The notes under the pieces: model-generated
Told to the model about the DNA's origin: nothing
What the model saw: only the letters and a program-made list of their open reading frames with translations
The model's database searches: none
DNA from: Spirochaetaceae bacterium
Lineage (GTDB): Bacteria; Spirochaetota; Spirochaetia; Treponematales; Breznakiellaceae
NCBI GenBank assembly: GCA_031288215.1
Contig: JAITRV010000272.1
Location: forward strand, 1 to 34,714
DNA: 34,714 nt
Direction of reading: 5' to 3'
Program-made: the position numbers and the translations under genes
Part shown: positions 26,691 through 34,714 of the stretch, piece after piece
Position numbering within the stretch: the stretch's first letter is position 1
Layout: each line of letters begins with the position of its first letter

Positions 26691-29423
26691 CTATTTCCCG
26701 TGGCAGAACTTGTACTTCTTTCCGCTGCCGCAGGGGCAGGGATCGTTCCGCCCCACCTTGGGATAGCTTCTGACCACCGTCACCGCCTCCGGCAGGGACC
26801 GGGCGGAAGGTCCCGCGGTTCCGCCGCCTTCACCGGCAAAGGCCGCCATGCTGCCGTGGGATTGGACCGTTACCGTGGAGCGGCCCCGGGCCTCCCGGTC
26901 TCCGGTCTGGATCCGCACCAGGTGTACCCGGGAGGCAATTTCTTCCCGGATCGTATCGATCATGGTATCGAAGATCTGGAAACCCTCGATCTTGTACTCG
27001 GTGAGGGGATTTTTCTGCCCGTAACTGCGGAGGTATACCGCTTCCCGCAGGCCCTCCATATTCTCCAGATGATCCAGCCATTTACGGTCGATGAACTGGA
27101 GGTACTGCATCCTGATAAAGGTGTTGAGATTAACGGTCCCGACCAGTTGTTCCTTTTCATCCAGGTCCTTTTCCAGATCCCCGATGATCTGAGCTTCCAG
27201 CGCCTCCGGGAGGGGGATTCCCTCCCCCTCAAAGCGGAGGAGGTATCCGAATTTTTCCTTGAGGCAATTGCCCAGGTCCTTAAAAGCCCCGGCCTGATCC
27301 CGGCGTTGAGCGTTACGGTATTCCTCCAGGGCGGTCTTTATCATAGAAAGGGTTGCGTCATTCACCCGGCTTTTTAAGTCCTGGTCCATCAGGATGGCGT
27401 CCCGCTGTTCATAGATAAACTTCCGCTGCTGGTTGAGAACATCGTCGTACTCCAGCAGGTGCTTGCGGATTTCAAAGTTCCGTTCTTCCACCTTCTTTTG
27501 GGCCCGTTCGATGCTCTTGTTGAGCCAGGGATGGTAGATGGGTTCCCCCTCCTTCATCCCTATCTTCGACATGATCCGTTTGATATTGGAACCCCCGAAG
27601 AGGCGCATCAGTTCGTCGTCCATGGAGATGAAGAACTTGGACCTCCCCGGATCCCCCTGCCTGCCCGATCGGCCCCGGAGTTGGTTGTCGATCCGCCGGC
27701 TTTCATGCCGTTCGGTACCGATCACATAAAGCCCCCCCAGGCGCTTGACCTCCTCATAGTCCTGCTTCCACTTCTCATATTCCGTCTTGAAAACTTCGGC
27801 GTATTTTTCCGGGCTTACCCCGGTCCCGGCGACTTTCCGGGCCTGGTGTTCCGGGTTGCCCCCCAGCTTTATGTCCGTACCCCGGCCCGCCATGTTGGTG
27901 GCGATGGTGACCGACCCTTTGGCCCCGGCTTCGGCGATGATCACCGCCTCCCGGGCATGGTTCTTTGCGTTCAGGACCTCGTGGCGTATCCCGTGGCGGG
28001 TCAGGAGGGCGGAGAGCTTCTCGGACTTTTCGATGGACACGGTCCCCACCAGCATGGGCTGGCCCTTCCGGTGGGCCTCGGCGATTTCCTCGCAAAGGGC
28101 GCCGAACTTCTCCCGCTCGTTGAGGTACACCACATCGTCCTCGTCGTTCCGGGCCACGGGCAGGTTGGTGGGGATCACCACCACGTCCAGGTTGTAGATC
28201 TTGTTGAATTCTACCGCCTCCGTATCCGCCGTCCCGGTCATCCCGGAGATCTTTTCGTAGAGCCGGAAGAAGTTCTGGAAAGTGATGGTAGCCATGGTCC
28301 GGTTCCGCTGGGCAATCTTGATATGTTCCTTGGCTTCGATGGCCTGGTGGAGGCCGTCGGAATACCGCCTTCCGTAGAGGATTCGGCCGGTAAATTCATC
28401 CACGATCTGAACCTGCCCGTCCTGAACCACATAGCTCACATCAATATGGAAGAGCTTATGGGCCCGCAGGGCCTGGGTAAAGTAATGGAGGTATTCAAAG
28501 TTCTCCTCATCCACGATGGCCCCTTTGATCAGGTTCCGTTTATGGAGGATATCCTCGATCTTTGCAAGCCCCGCATTACTGAAGGAAACGCTCTTGTTCT
28601 TTTCGTTGATCTTATAGTCCCCGATGACCTCTTCCCCCTGGGCCTCGTCGGGGTATTCGCCGTCTTCTTTCTTCCGTATCTCCTCCAGGGAACCGATGAG
28701 CTTATCCACCTCGGCGTACTTAAAGGTATCATCCTCGGCGGCCCCGGAGATGATCAGGGGGGTCCGGGCTTCGTCGATGAGGATGGAGTCGATCTCGTCC
28801 ACCACGCAGTAGACGTGGTTCCGCTGGACCCGGCCTTCCAGGTCCCAGCGCATATTATCCCTGAGGTAATCAAAGCCGAATTCGTTGTTGGTGCCGTAGG
28901 TGATGTCGCAGCGGTAATTCTCTTTCCGCCGTTCATTGTCCATCTCGGAGAGGATAGTTCCCACGGTCATACCCAGGTAAGTGAAGACCGGGCGCATCCA
29001 TTCCGCATCCCGTCCCGCCAGGTAATCGTTGACGGTTACGATATGGACCCCCCGCCCGGGGATCGCGTTCAGGTAGGCTGCGGCGACGCTCATCAGGGTT
29101 TTTCCCTCCCCGGTTTTCATCTCCACGATCTTCCCCTGGTGGAGGACGATGGCTCCCAGGACCTGCACGTCGTAGGGCCGCTCCCCCAGGTTCCGCCGGG
29201 CCGCTTCCCGGGCCAGGGCAAAGGCCTCCGGGAGCAGGGCGTCCAGGGACGCTCCTTCCCGGTACCGTTCCCGGAACTGCTCGGTCATTCGGGGATATTC
29301 TTCCGCGGCGAGGGAAGCCGCCCAGCTCTCTTTTTCGTTGACCCTGTGGAGGATGGGCAAAAGAGCCTTGAGATCCCTCTCATGTTTGGATCCGAACAAG
29401 GCTTTGATGATCTTTTCTAACAT
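26691..29423 (-). CDS. secA: Preprotein translocase subunit SecA
   Basis: [71 protein letters not shown]. Confidence 0.98.
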   Translation of the reverse strand: MLEKIIKALFGSKHERDLKALLPILHRVNEKESWAASLAAEEYPRMTEQFRERYREGASLDALLPEAFALAREAARRNLGERPYDVQVLGAIVLHQGKIVEMKTGEGKTLMSVAAAYLNAIPGRGVHIVTVNDYLAGRDAEWMRPVFTYLGMTVGTILSEMDNERRKENYRCDITYGTNNEFGFDYLRDNMRWDLEGRVQRNHVYCVVDEIDSILIDEARTPLIISGAAEDDTFKYAEVDKLIGSLEEIRKKEDGEYPDEAQGEEVIGDYKINEKNKSVSFSNAGLAKIEDILHKRNLIKGAIVDEENFEYLHYFTQALRAHKLFHIDVSYVVQDGQVQIVDEFTGRILYGRRYSDGLHQAIEAKEHIKIAQRNRTMATITFQNFFRLYEKISGMTGTADTEAVEFNKIYNLDVVVIPTNLPVARNDEDDVVYLNEREKFGALCEEIAEAHRKGQPMLVGTVSIEKSEKLSALLTRHGIRHEVLNAKNHAREAVIIAEAGAKGSVTIATNMAGRGTDIKLGGNPEHQARKVAGTGVSPEKYAEVFKTEYEKWKQDYEEVKRLGGLYVIGTERHESRRIDNQLRGRSGRQGDPGRSKFFISMDDELMRLFGGSNIKRIMSKIGMKEGEPIYHPWLNKSIERAQKKVEERNFEIRKHLLEYDDVLNQQRKFIYEQRDAILMDQDLKSRVNDATLSMIKTALEEYRNAQRRDQAGAFKDLGNCLKEKFGYLLRFEGEGIPLPEALEAQIIGDLEKDLDEKEQLVGTVNLNTFIRMQYLQFIDRKWLDHLENMEGLREAVYLRSYGQKNPLTEYKIEGFQIFDTMIDTIREEIASRVHLVRIQTGDREARGRSTVTVQSHGSMAAFAGEGGGTAGPSARSLPEAVTVVRSYPKVGRNDPCPCGSGKKYKFCHGK

Positions 29424-29429
29424 GGGTTG

Positions 29430-29459
29430 AGTGTACCCTTTTTAAGCCCCTATTGACAA
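29430..29459 (-). promoter_or_regulatory. secA promoter, likely giving a leaderless transcript
   Basis: TTGTCA-18 nt-TACACT, ending 6 nt before the ATG; no SD. Confidence 0.55.
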
Positions 29460-29485
29460 GCGGGTAGCGCAGCTCCTCTCCCGTT

Positions 29486-29552
29486 ATAAAGGGGGGCGCT
29501 GCCCCCCATACCCCCCGCCGGGGGACCGGAGGCCCCCCGGACCCCCCTTTAT
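29486..29552. repeat. GC-rich REP-like palindromic element / possible oppA terminator
   Basis: Outer IR ATAAAGGGGGG...CCCCCCTTTAT; also GGGGGGCGCTGCCCCCC and CCGGGGGACCGGAGGCCCCCCGG hairpins. Confidence 0.65.
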
Positions 29553-29559
29553 GGCGAGG

Positions 29560-31215
29560 TTATTTTGCGCCCTTCACGTTGGTAAAGAAGAAGTAACCCA
29601 GAGGGGTGTAATACATGCCGCTCAAGGCGGGGTTCATCATATACATCTGGGTGTAGAAATAGATGGGCCCCACCGCGTAATCGGCGCCCACCAAAAGATC
29701 CTCCGCCTGATGGAGATAACGCATCCGGTCCGCCTGAACCGCCGTACCCTTGGCCGCGGCGATAAGCCGGTCATACGCGGGATTCGCGTACTGGGAGTTG
29801 TTGTTGCCCCCGCCGGTGATAAACATATCCAGGAAGTTGATGGGGTCGTTGTAGTCCCCGATCCAGCCGTCCCGGGCAATGCTGTAGTCCCCGTTCTTGC
29901 GGGTGTCCAGGAACACCGCCCAGTCCTGGTTGCTCAACGTGACCGTTACCCCCAGGGCGGTACGCCACATGTCCTGGAGGGCTTCGGCGATGGCCCGGTG
30001 CCTGTCGTTGGTGTTGTAGATATACTCCACCACCGGGAAGCCCGCCCCGTTGGGATAGCCCGCTTCGGCCAGGAGCCGCTTCGCCTCGGCCACGTTTTTC
30101 TGGTAGTCCGCGGAGTTGATGCTGTAATAATCCCCACCGGTTTTGCGGAAATCGCTCCCCGGCGCGGCATCGGCCATGCCCGCCGGTACAAAGCCCGAAG
30201 CCGGTTTCTGCCCGGTCCGGGTGATCTGGTTGATGATGTAGTTCCGGTCTATGGCCAGGGTAAAGGCCTTCCGTACCCGGGGATCGGTAAAGGGGGCCCG
30301 CTGGGTATTGATACTGACAAAGTAGGTCCCCAGGTAGTCGGCGATCTTAAGGTCCCCCGAGGCCAATAGGGTGGGAATTTCATCCACCGGGACTTGTTCG
30401 ATAAAATCAAGCTCCCCGTTCTTAAAGCCCGCCAGGATGGAATTGTCGTCGTCCATCAGGGCAAAACGGAGGTTGTCCGGCCCGCCTGCCGCCGGGGCGT
30501 AGTAATAGGGGTTCTTCTCGAAGAGCAGGTAGCTGTTGTGGACCCACTCCTTCAGGCGGTAGGGGCCGTTGCTGATATAGGTGGAGGGGCTGAAGGTCCA
30601 CTGATCCCCAGCTTTCTGAATCGCGTCCTGCCGTACCGGGAAGGTGGCGGGGAAACAGGCGATTTCGTCAAAGAAGGGGCAGTCGTAGGTCAAGGTAATC
30701 TCCAGGGTCTTGTCATTGACGGCCCGGATACCCAGTTCTCTTTTGTTCTTTTCCCCGGCCATGATTTCGTTGGCGTTCTGAACCATGTCGATCATGTAGC
30801 TGTAATCCGCGGCGGTGGCGGGGTCCACCAGGCGCTGCCAGGTGTAGACAAAATCCCCGGCGGTCAGGGCCTTGCCGTCGGACCACTTGAGGTTATCCCG
30901 CAGGGTGTACACGTACACCACGGTCCCGTCGGGGTTAACCGTCTTTTTTGGAGCCCCTGCCGCCTGGCCGGGAACCGCCTGGGCGCGGCCCCGGCCGTTG
31001 TCCGCGTACTTGTAGAGCCCCTCGAAGGCGTGGCTCAAATAGATAGCCGCATCCACCGCCGAATTAAGGGCGGGATCGATGGTATTGGGCTCCGACCCGA
31101 ATACCGCGGTAACCGTCGTACCCTTGGCGGTACTTTGCTGTCCGCCACCTTTGGCGCTAACCCCCATGGCGATAAGGGAAAGCCCCAGGACTAAAATGGT
31201 TAGTTTTTTTGCCAT
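29560..31215 (-). CDS. oppA: Oligopeptide ABC substrate-binding protein
   Basis: EP.TIDPA, FEGL, LKWSDG..LTAGDFVY.WQR, NGPY.L.EW, VRKA..LAIDR, GWIGDY.DP; SD AGGAGG. Confidence 0.93.
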   Translation of the reverse strand: MAKKLTILVLGLSLIAMGVSAKGGGQQSTAKGTTVTAVFGSEPNTIDPALNSAVDAAIYLSHAFEGLYKYADNGRGRAQAVPGQAAGAPKKTVNPDGTVVYVYTLRDNLKWSDGKALTAGDFVYTWQRLVDPATAADYSYMIDMVQNANEIMAGEKNKRELGIRAVNDKTLEITLTYDCPFFDEIACFPATFPVRQDAIQKAGDQWTFSPSTYISNGPYRLKEWVHNSYLLFEKNPYYYAPAAGGPDNLRFALMDDDNSILAGFKNGELDFIEQVPVDEIPTLLASGDLKIADYLGTYFVSINTQRAPFTDPRVRKAFTLAIDRNYIINQITRTGQKPASGFVPAGMADAAPGSDFRKTGGDYYSINSADYQKNVAEAKRLLAEAGYPNGAGFPVVEYIYNTNDRHRAIAEALQDMWRTALGVTVTLSNQDWAVFLDTRKNGDYSIARDGWIGDYNDPINFLDMFITGGGNNNSQYANPAYDRLIAAAKGTAVQADRMRYLHQAEDLLVGADYAVGPIYFYTQMYMMNPALSGMYYTPLGYFFFTNVKGAK

Positions 31216-31245
31216 TTTTCATACCTCCTGAAAAATAAATAATAT

Positions 31246-31282
31246 AGAAACATTCCCAAAACTGAAATTTTGGGAAGGCTCT
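31246..31282. repeat. Short intergenic palindrome (REP-like)
   Basis: TTCCCAAAA-CTGAAA-TTTTGGGAA (31253-31276) with partly paired flanks. Confidence 0.6.
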
Positions 31283-31305
31283 CCTCTTTTGCCCCCTGCC
31301 CGCTA

Positions 31306-32274
31306 TTACCCCCCAAATAAATGACAGGCCACATGATGGCCCGGCGCCGCTTCCCGCAGTTCCGGCGCCGCCTCGGCGCAGCGTTTTTCCGCCGCCGGGC
31401 AGAGGGTGTTAAACCGGCAGCCCGGGGGGCTGTCCATGGGGCTGGGGATTTCCCCCTCCAGGATGTCCCGCTTCCGGGACCGGGTCAGGTCCGGGTCAGG
31501 AATAGGAACCGCCTGCAAGAGGGACGTGGTGTAGGGATGGAGGGGGGTTTTGTACAGTTCGTAACTTTCCGCCAGTTCCACCAGGCAGCCCAGGTACATT
31601 ACGGCGATCCGCCGGGAAATGTGGCGCACCACCGATATGTCGTGGGCGATAAAGAGATAGGTCAGCCCCAATTCCGCCTGCATATCCTCCAGCATATTCA
31701 CGATCTGGGACTGAATCGACACGTCCAGGGCGGAAACCGGCTCGTCGCAGACGATAAACTCCGGCTCCACCGCTAATGCCCGGGCAATGCCAATCCGCTG
31801 CTGCTGCCCCCCGGAAAATTCGTGGGGATAACGGTTGGCCTGTTCGCTGTTCAGCCCCACCCGTGCGAGGAGCGCCTCAATCCGATCCTTCCGCTCTCCC
31901 CGGGAAGAAGCCAGCATATGAATGTCCAGGGGTTCCCCCACAATCTCCCCCACGGTCATCCGGGGGTTCAAAGACGACGAGGGGTCCTGAAAGATGATCT
32001 GCATCTTCCGCCTCAGGGGGAGCATATCCGCGTGGGTGATGTCCGTTCCTTTAAAGAAGATCTTCCCCGCGGTGGGTTCATAGAGCCGGAGGATGGTCCG
32101 GCCCAGGGTGGTTTTTCCGCAGCCCGATTCCCCCACGAGGCCCACGGTCTCTCCCGCCTGGATGTCCAGGGGCACGGACTCGACGGCACGGATATACTTT
32201 ACCCTTCCCCAGCCTTCCTTGACCCGAAAGTATTTTTTGAGGTTTTCCAGATGTACGAGGGGGGTATTATTCAT
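31306..32274 (-). CDS. oppF: Oligopeptide ABC ATPase
   Basis: [41 protein letters not shown]...C, HHVAC. Confidence 0.93.
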   Translation of the reverse strand: MNNTPLVHLENLKKYFRVKEGWGRVKYIRAVESVPLDIQAGETVGLVGESGCGKTTLGRTILRLYEPTAGKIFFKGTDITHADMLPLRRKMQIIFQDPSSSLNPRMTVGEIVGEPLDIHMLASSRGERKDRIEALLARVGLNSEQANRYPHEFSGGQQQRIGIARALAVEPEFIVCDEPVSALDVSIQSQIVNMLEDMQAELGLTYLFIAHDISVVRHISRRIAVMYLGCLVELAESYELYKTPLHPYTTSLLQAVPIPDPDLTRSRKRDILEGEIPSPMDSPPGCRFNTLCPAAEKRCAEAAPELREAAPGHHVACHLFGG

Positions 32275-33332
32275 AGCCGGCCCCCGCTGTTTTTTTGGGG
32301 ATCGGCCCCGGTTTCAGTGCCGGCGGGACCCCCCCCTGCACGGGCATGCTGAAGCCAGCAGTAGACCCGGTGGGTGGAAAGCTTATGGGTTTCCCCGCCG
32401 ATAACGCTTTGCGGGGGGAACCGGGAGAGGCAGATCTTCATACACCGGCCGCACCGGGGGGCAAAGGGACAGCCCGGATTGGGGTCCAGCATATTGATGG
32501 GAGTTCCCTCAATAGGGATGAGCCGTTCACTCCGTTCCGCATCGATCCGGGGCATGGATCGGAGCAGTCCCTGGGTATAGGGATGGGTGGGGCGGTAAAA
32601 AATATCCCCCACCGCCCCCTGCTCCACGATATGTCCCCCGTACATCACCGAAACGGTATCGCAGATTTCGGCAATCACCGCCAGGTTGTGGGTAATAAAA
32701 ATCACCGCCATCCGGTTTTTCTCCTGGACGGCCTTCATCAGTTCCAGAATTTGGGCCTGGATGGTTACGTCCAGGGCGGTAGTAGGCTCGTCGGCAATGA
32801 GCAGTTGGGGTTCACAGATGAGCCCCATGGCGATCATCACCCGCTGGCGCATACCCCCGGAAAGCTCGTGGGGGTACTGCTTCATCCGCCGTTCCGCCTC
32901 GGTGATCCCCACCAGGCGCAGCATCTCCAGGGCCCGTTCCCGGGCGGCGGCAAGCGGAACCTCCCGCTTATGCTCCCGCAGGACCCCTACGAGCTGGTTC
33001 CCGATGGTGTACACCGGGTTCAGGCTTTCCATGGGGTTTTGAAAGATCATGCTCATCCGGCTGCCCCGGATCTTTTCCATGTCCTTGGGGCTAAAAGAAA
33101 ACAGGTCCTGCCCCTCAAAGGACACCAAACCTCCCACCACCCGGCCCGGGGATTCCAGGATCCCCATAATGGAATAGGCTTCCACGCTCTTGCCGGACCC
33201 GGATTCCCCCACGATCCCCATCACTTCCCCGTAATTAAGATCGTAGGAAATACCCCCCACGGCTTTTACCTCCCCCACGGGGGTAAAAAAGGAAACCCGC
33301 AGGTCCCGTACTTCCAGCAATTTTTCCGCCAT
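32271..33332 (-). CDS. oppD: Oligopeptide ABC ATPase
   Basis: [48 protein letters not shown]. Confidence 0.93.
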   Translation of the reverse strand: MAEKLLEVRDLRVSFFTPVGEVKAVGGISYDLNYGEVMGIVGESGSGKSVEAYSIMGILESPGRVVGGLVSFEGQDLFSFSPKDMEKIRGSRMSMIFQNPMESLNPVYTIGNQLVGVLREHKREVPLAAARERALEMLRLVGITEAERRMKQYPHELSGGMRQRVMIAMGLICEPQLLIADEPTTALDVTIQAQILELMKAVQEKNRMAVIFITHNLAVIAEICDTVSVMYGGHIVEQGAVGDIFYRPTHPYTQGLLRSMPRIDAERSERLIPIEGTPINMLDPNPGCPFAPRCGRCMKICLSRFPPQSVIGGETHKLSTHRVYCWLQHARAGGGPAGTETGADPQKNSGGRL

Positions 33333-33344
33333 CACCGATCCCTC

Positions 33345-34400
33345 CTATTTTTTAAGCCGCGGGTCCAGGGCATCCCGCAGGCCGTCCCCAAAGAGGTTAA
33401 ACGAGAGGATCATGACGCTTAAAATAAGCGCCGGAATGATCAGCCGGTAGGTATAGGTATACATACCCCCCAGGGCATCCGAAGCCAGGGAACCGAGGCT
33501 GGTCATGGGGGCGTTGACCCCCACCCCCAGGAACGAGAGGAACGATTCCAGGAAGATGGCGATGGGGATTTGCAGGCAGGTGGCGGCCACCAGGGGCCCC
33601 ACGCAGTTGGGAAGCAGGTGCTTCAGGATGATCCGCCGGTTGGACGCCCCCAGGGCCCGGGCGGCGATGACATATTCCTGCTGCTTGAGCTGGAGGATCT
33701 GCCCCCGGATGATCCGGGCCAGGGTGGTCCAGTAGAGCAGGGCAAAGGCCATAAAGATGGCGATGATGCTGGGCCCCAGGACGATGACGAGCCTTCCCGC
33801 GAAGTTGGTCTGGTTGGCGTCCGCAAAGGCCGAGAGCAGGGGCTTGAGGGTCACCGCCAAAAGGAGTACCACGAGGACATCCGGGACCGAATAGATGATA
33901 TCCACGATCCGCATCATGATGAGGTCCGCCCGGCCCCCCAGGTAGCCCGACACGGAACCGTAGAGGACCCCGATAACCAGGGTCAACACCGCCGCCAGGA
34001 TGCCGATGAGCATGGAAACCCGGGTACCGTACATAATCCTGACCAGGGTGTCCCGGCCGTGGGTGTCGGTCCCAAAGATGTGGGGAAACACCGCTTCTCC
34101 CCCGGCGATCCGTTCCAGTTCGCCTTCGGAGTATGCCAGGGGCGCCAGGTTGGAACTGCCCCGGACCTGTTCATCGTAATGGTAGGGGATAAAGAAGGGC
34201 CCTATATAGGCAAAAAGGATAAGGAAGATGATCACGCCCAGGGAAACCATGGCGACATAGTTCTTTTTAAGCCGCCGCCAGGCGTCTTTCCAATAAGAAA
34301 TACTCCTATGCTGGGGAATAAAGGAAAGTTTTTCTTCCGCCGAGGCTTCCTCAAAGGCGCCGGCGGGGAGGGGGCTTCCCGATACCGCTTCCATCATCAC
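33345..34400 (-). CDS. oppC: Oligopeptide ABC permease
   Basis: SYWKDAWRRLKKN, FGTD..GRD, EYV.AARALGAS, FNLFGDGLRDALDP. Confidence 0.93.
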   Translation of the reverse strand: MMMEAVSGSPLPAGAFEEASAEEKLSFIPQHRSISYWKDAWRRLKKNYVAMVSLGVIIFLILFAYIGPFFIPYHYDEQVRGSSNLAPLAYSEGELERIAGGEAVFPHIFGTDTHGRDTLVRIMYGTRVSMLIGILAAVLTLVIGVLYGSVSGYLGGRADLIMMRIVDIIYSVPDVLVVLLLAVTLKPLLSAFADANQTNFAGRLVIVLGPSIIAIFMAFALLYWTTLARIIRGQILQLKQQEYVIAARALGASNRRIILKHLLPNCVGPLVAATCLQIPIAIFLESFLSFLGVGVNAPMTSLGSLASDALGGMYTYTYRLIIPALILSVMILSFNLFGDGLRDALDPRLKK

Positions 34401-34714
34401 ACCTCCTCGTTGGAAAGTTGTATCCGGGGATCGATGAACTTGTAGAGCACATCCACGGCGAAACTCATGACGATTACCAGGGAAGCAAAAAAGATGGTGG
34501 TCCCCATGATCAACGGATAGTCCCGGTTACTGATGCTCTGGATAAAATACCGTCCCAGGCCGGGGATATTGAACACGGGTTCCACCACAAAACCGCCGGT
34601 CAGTATGGCGGCGGTGATGGGCCCCAGGTAGGTAACCACCGGGATGAGGGCGTTCCTCAGGGCGTGCTTGAAGATCAGCGCCTGAACCGGGAGCCCGTAG
34701 GCCCGGACGGTTTT
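34397..34714 (-). CDS. oppB: Oligopeptide ABC permease, 3' part (runs off the window)
   Basis: Open from the window edge: KTVRAYGL...KHALRNALIPVVT, F.IPGLG, RDYP, IDPRI. Confidence 0.9.
   Translation of the reverse strand, partial: KTVRAYGLPVQALIFKHALRNALIPVVTYLGPITAAILTGGFVVEPVFNIPGLGRYFIQSISNRDYPLIMGTTIFFASLVIVMSFAVDVLYKFIDPRIQLSNEEV

Noticed and set aside
27459-29420. 653-aa plus-strand ORF opposite secA, and similar shadows over the opp, chlI/D and btuC genes
   Set aside because: Antisense frames kept open by codon bias; no independent evidence of coding

Overview
Bacterial chromosomal window, most likely from a GC-rich spirochaete (Treponema/Breznakiellaceae-like, inferred from 'FAGGKKE/AKGGGQQ'-type signal peptides and gene content). 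Left to right: (1) a tandem-inverted repeat, a Uma2 endonuclease and rdgB; (2) a visibly AT-richer ~9.6 kb accessory island (~1600-11190) with a consensus sigma70 promoter and a perfect LacI-type operator, a PotA/AfuC-type ABC importer, PHP and MBL phosphoesterases, a convergent LacI, an IS1182-like remnant and an inactivated IS630. Each end of the island carries a pair of related 9-7-9 palindromes, and the operon appears to have had its transporter core replaced; (3) a corrinoid locus (11362-24587): chelatase I and D subunits, a cobalamin riboswitch, BtuC/D-like importer, radical SAM/SPASM enzyme, deletion-damaged btuF-like and cobN genes, cbiZ and an ABC-2 exporter; (4) a candidate structured RNA, two exported proteins (one DPBB/SPOR), secA (apparently leaderless) and an oppBCDFA operon. 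All calls come from reading motifs by eye; no database searches were run.
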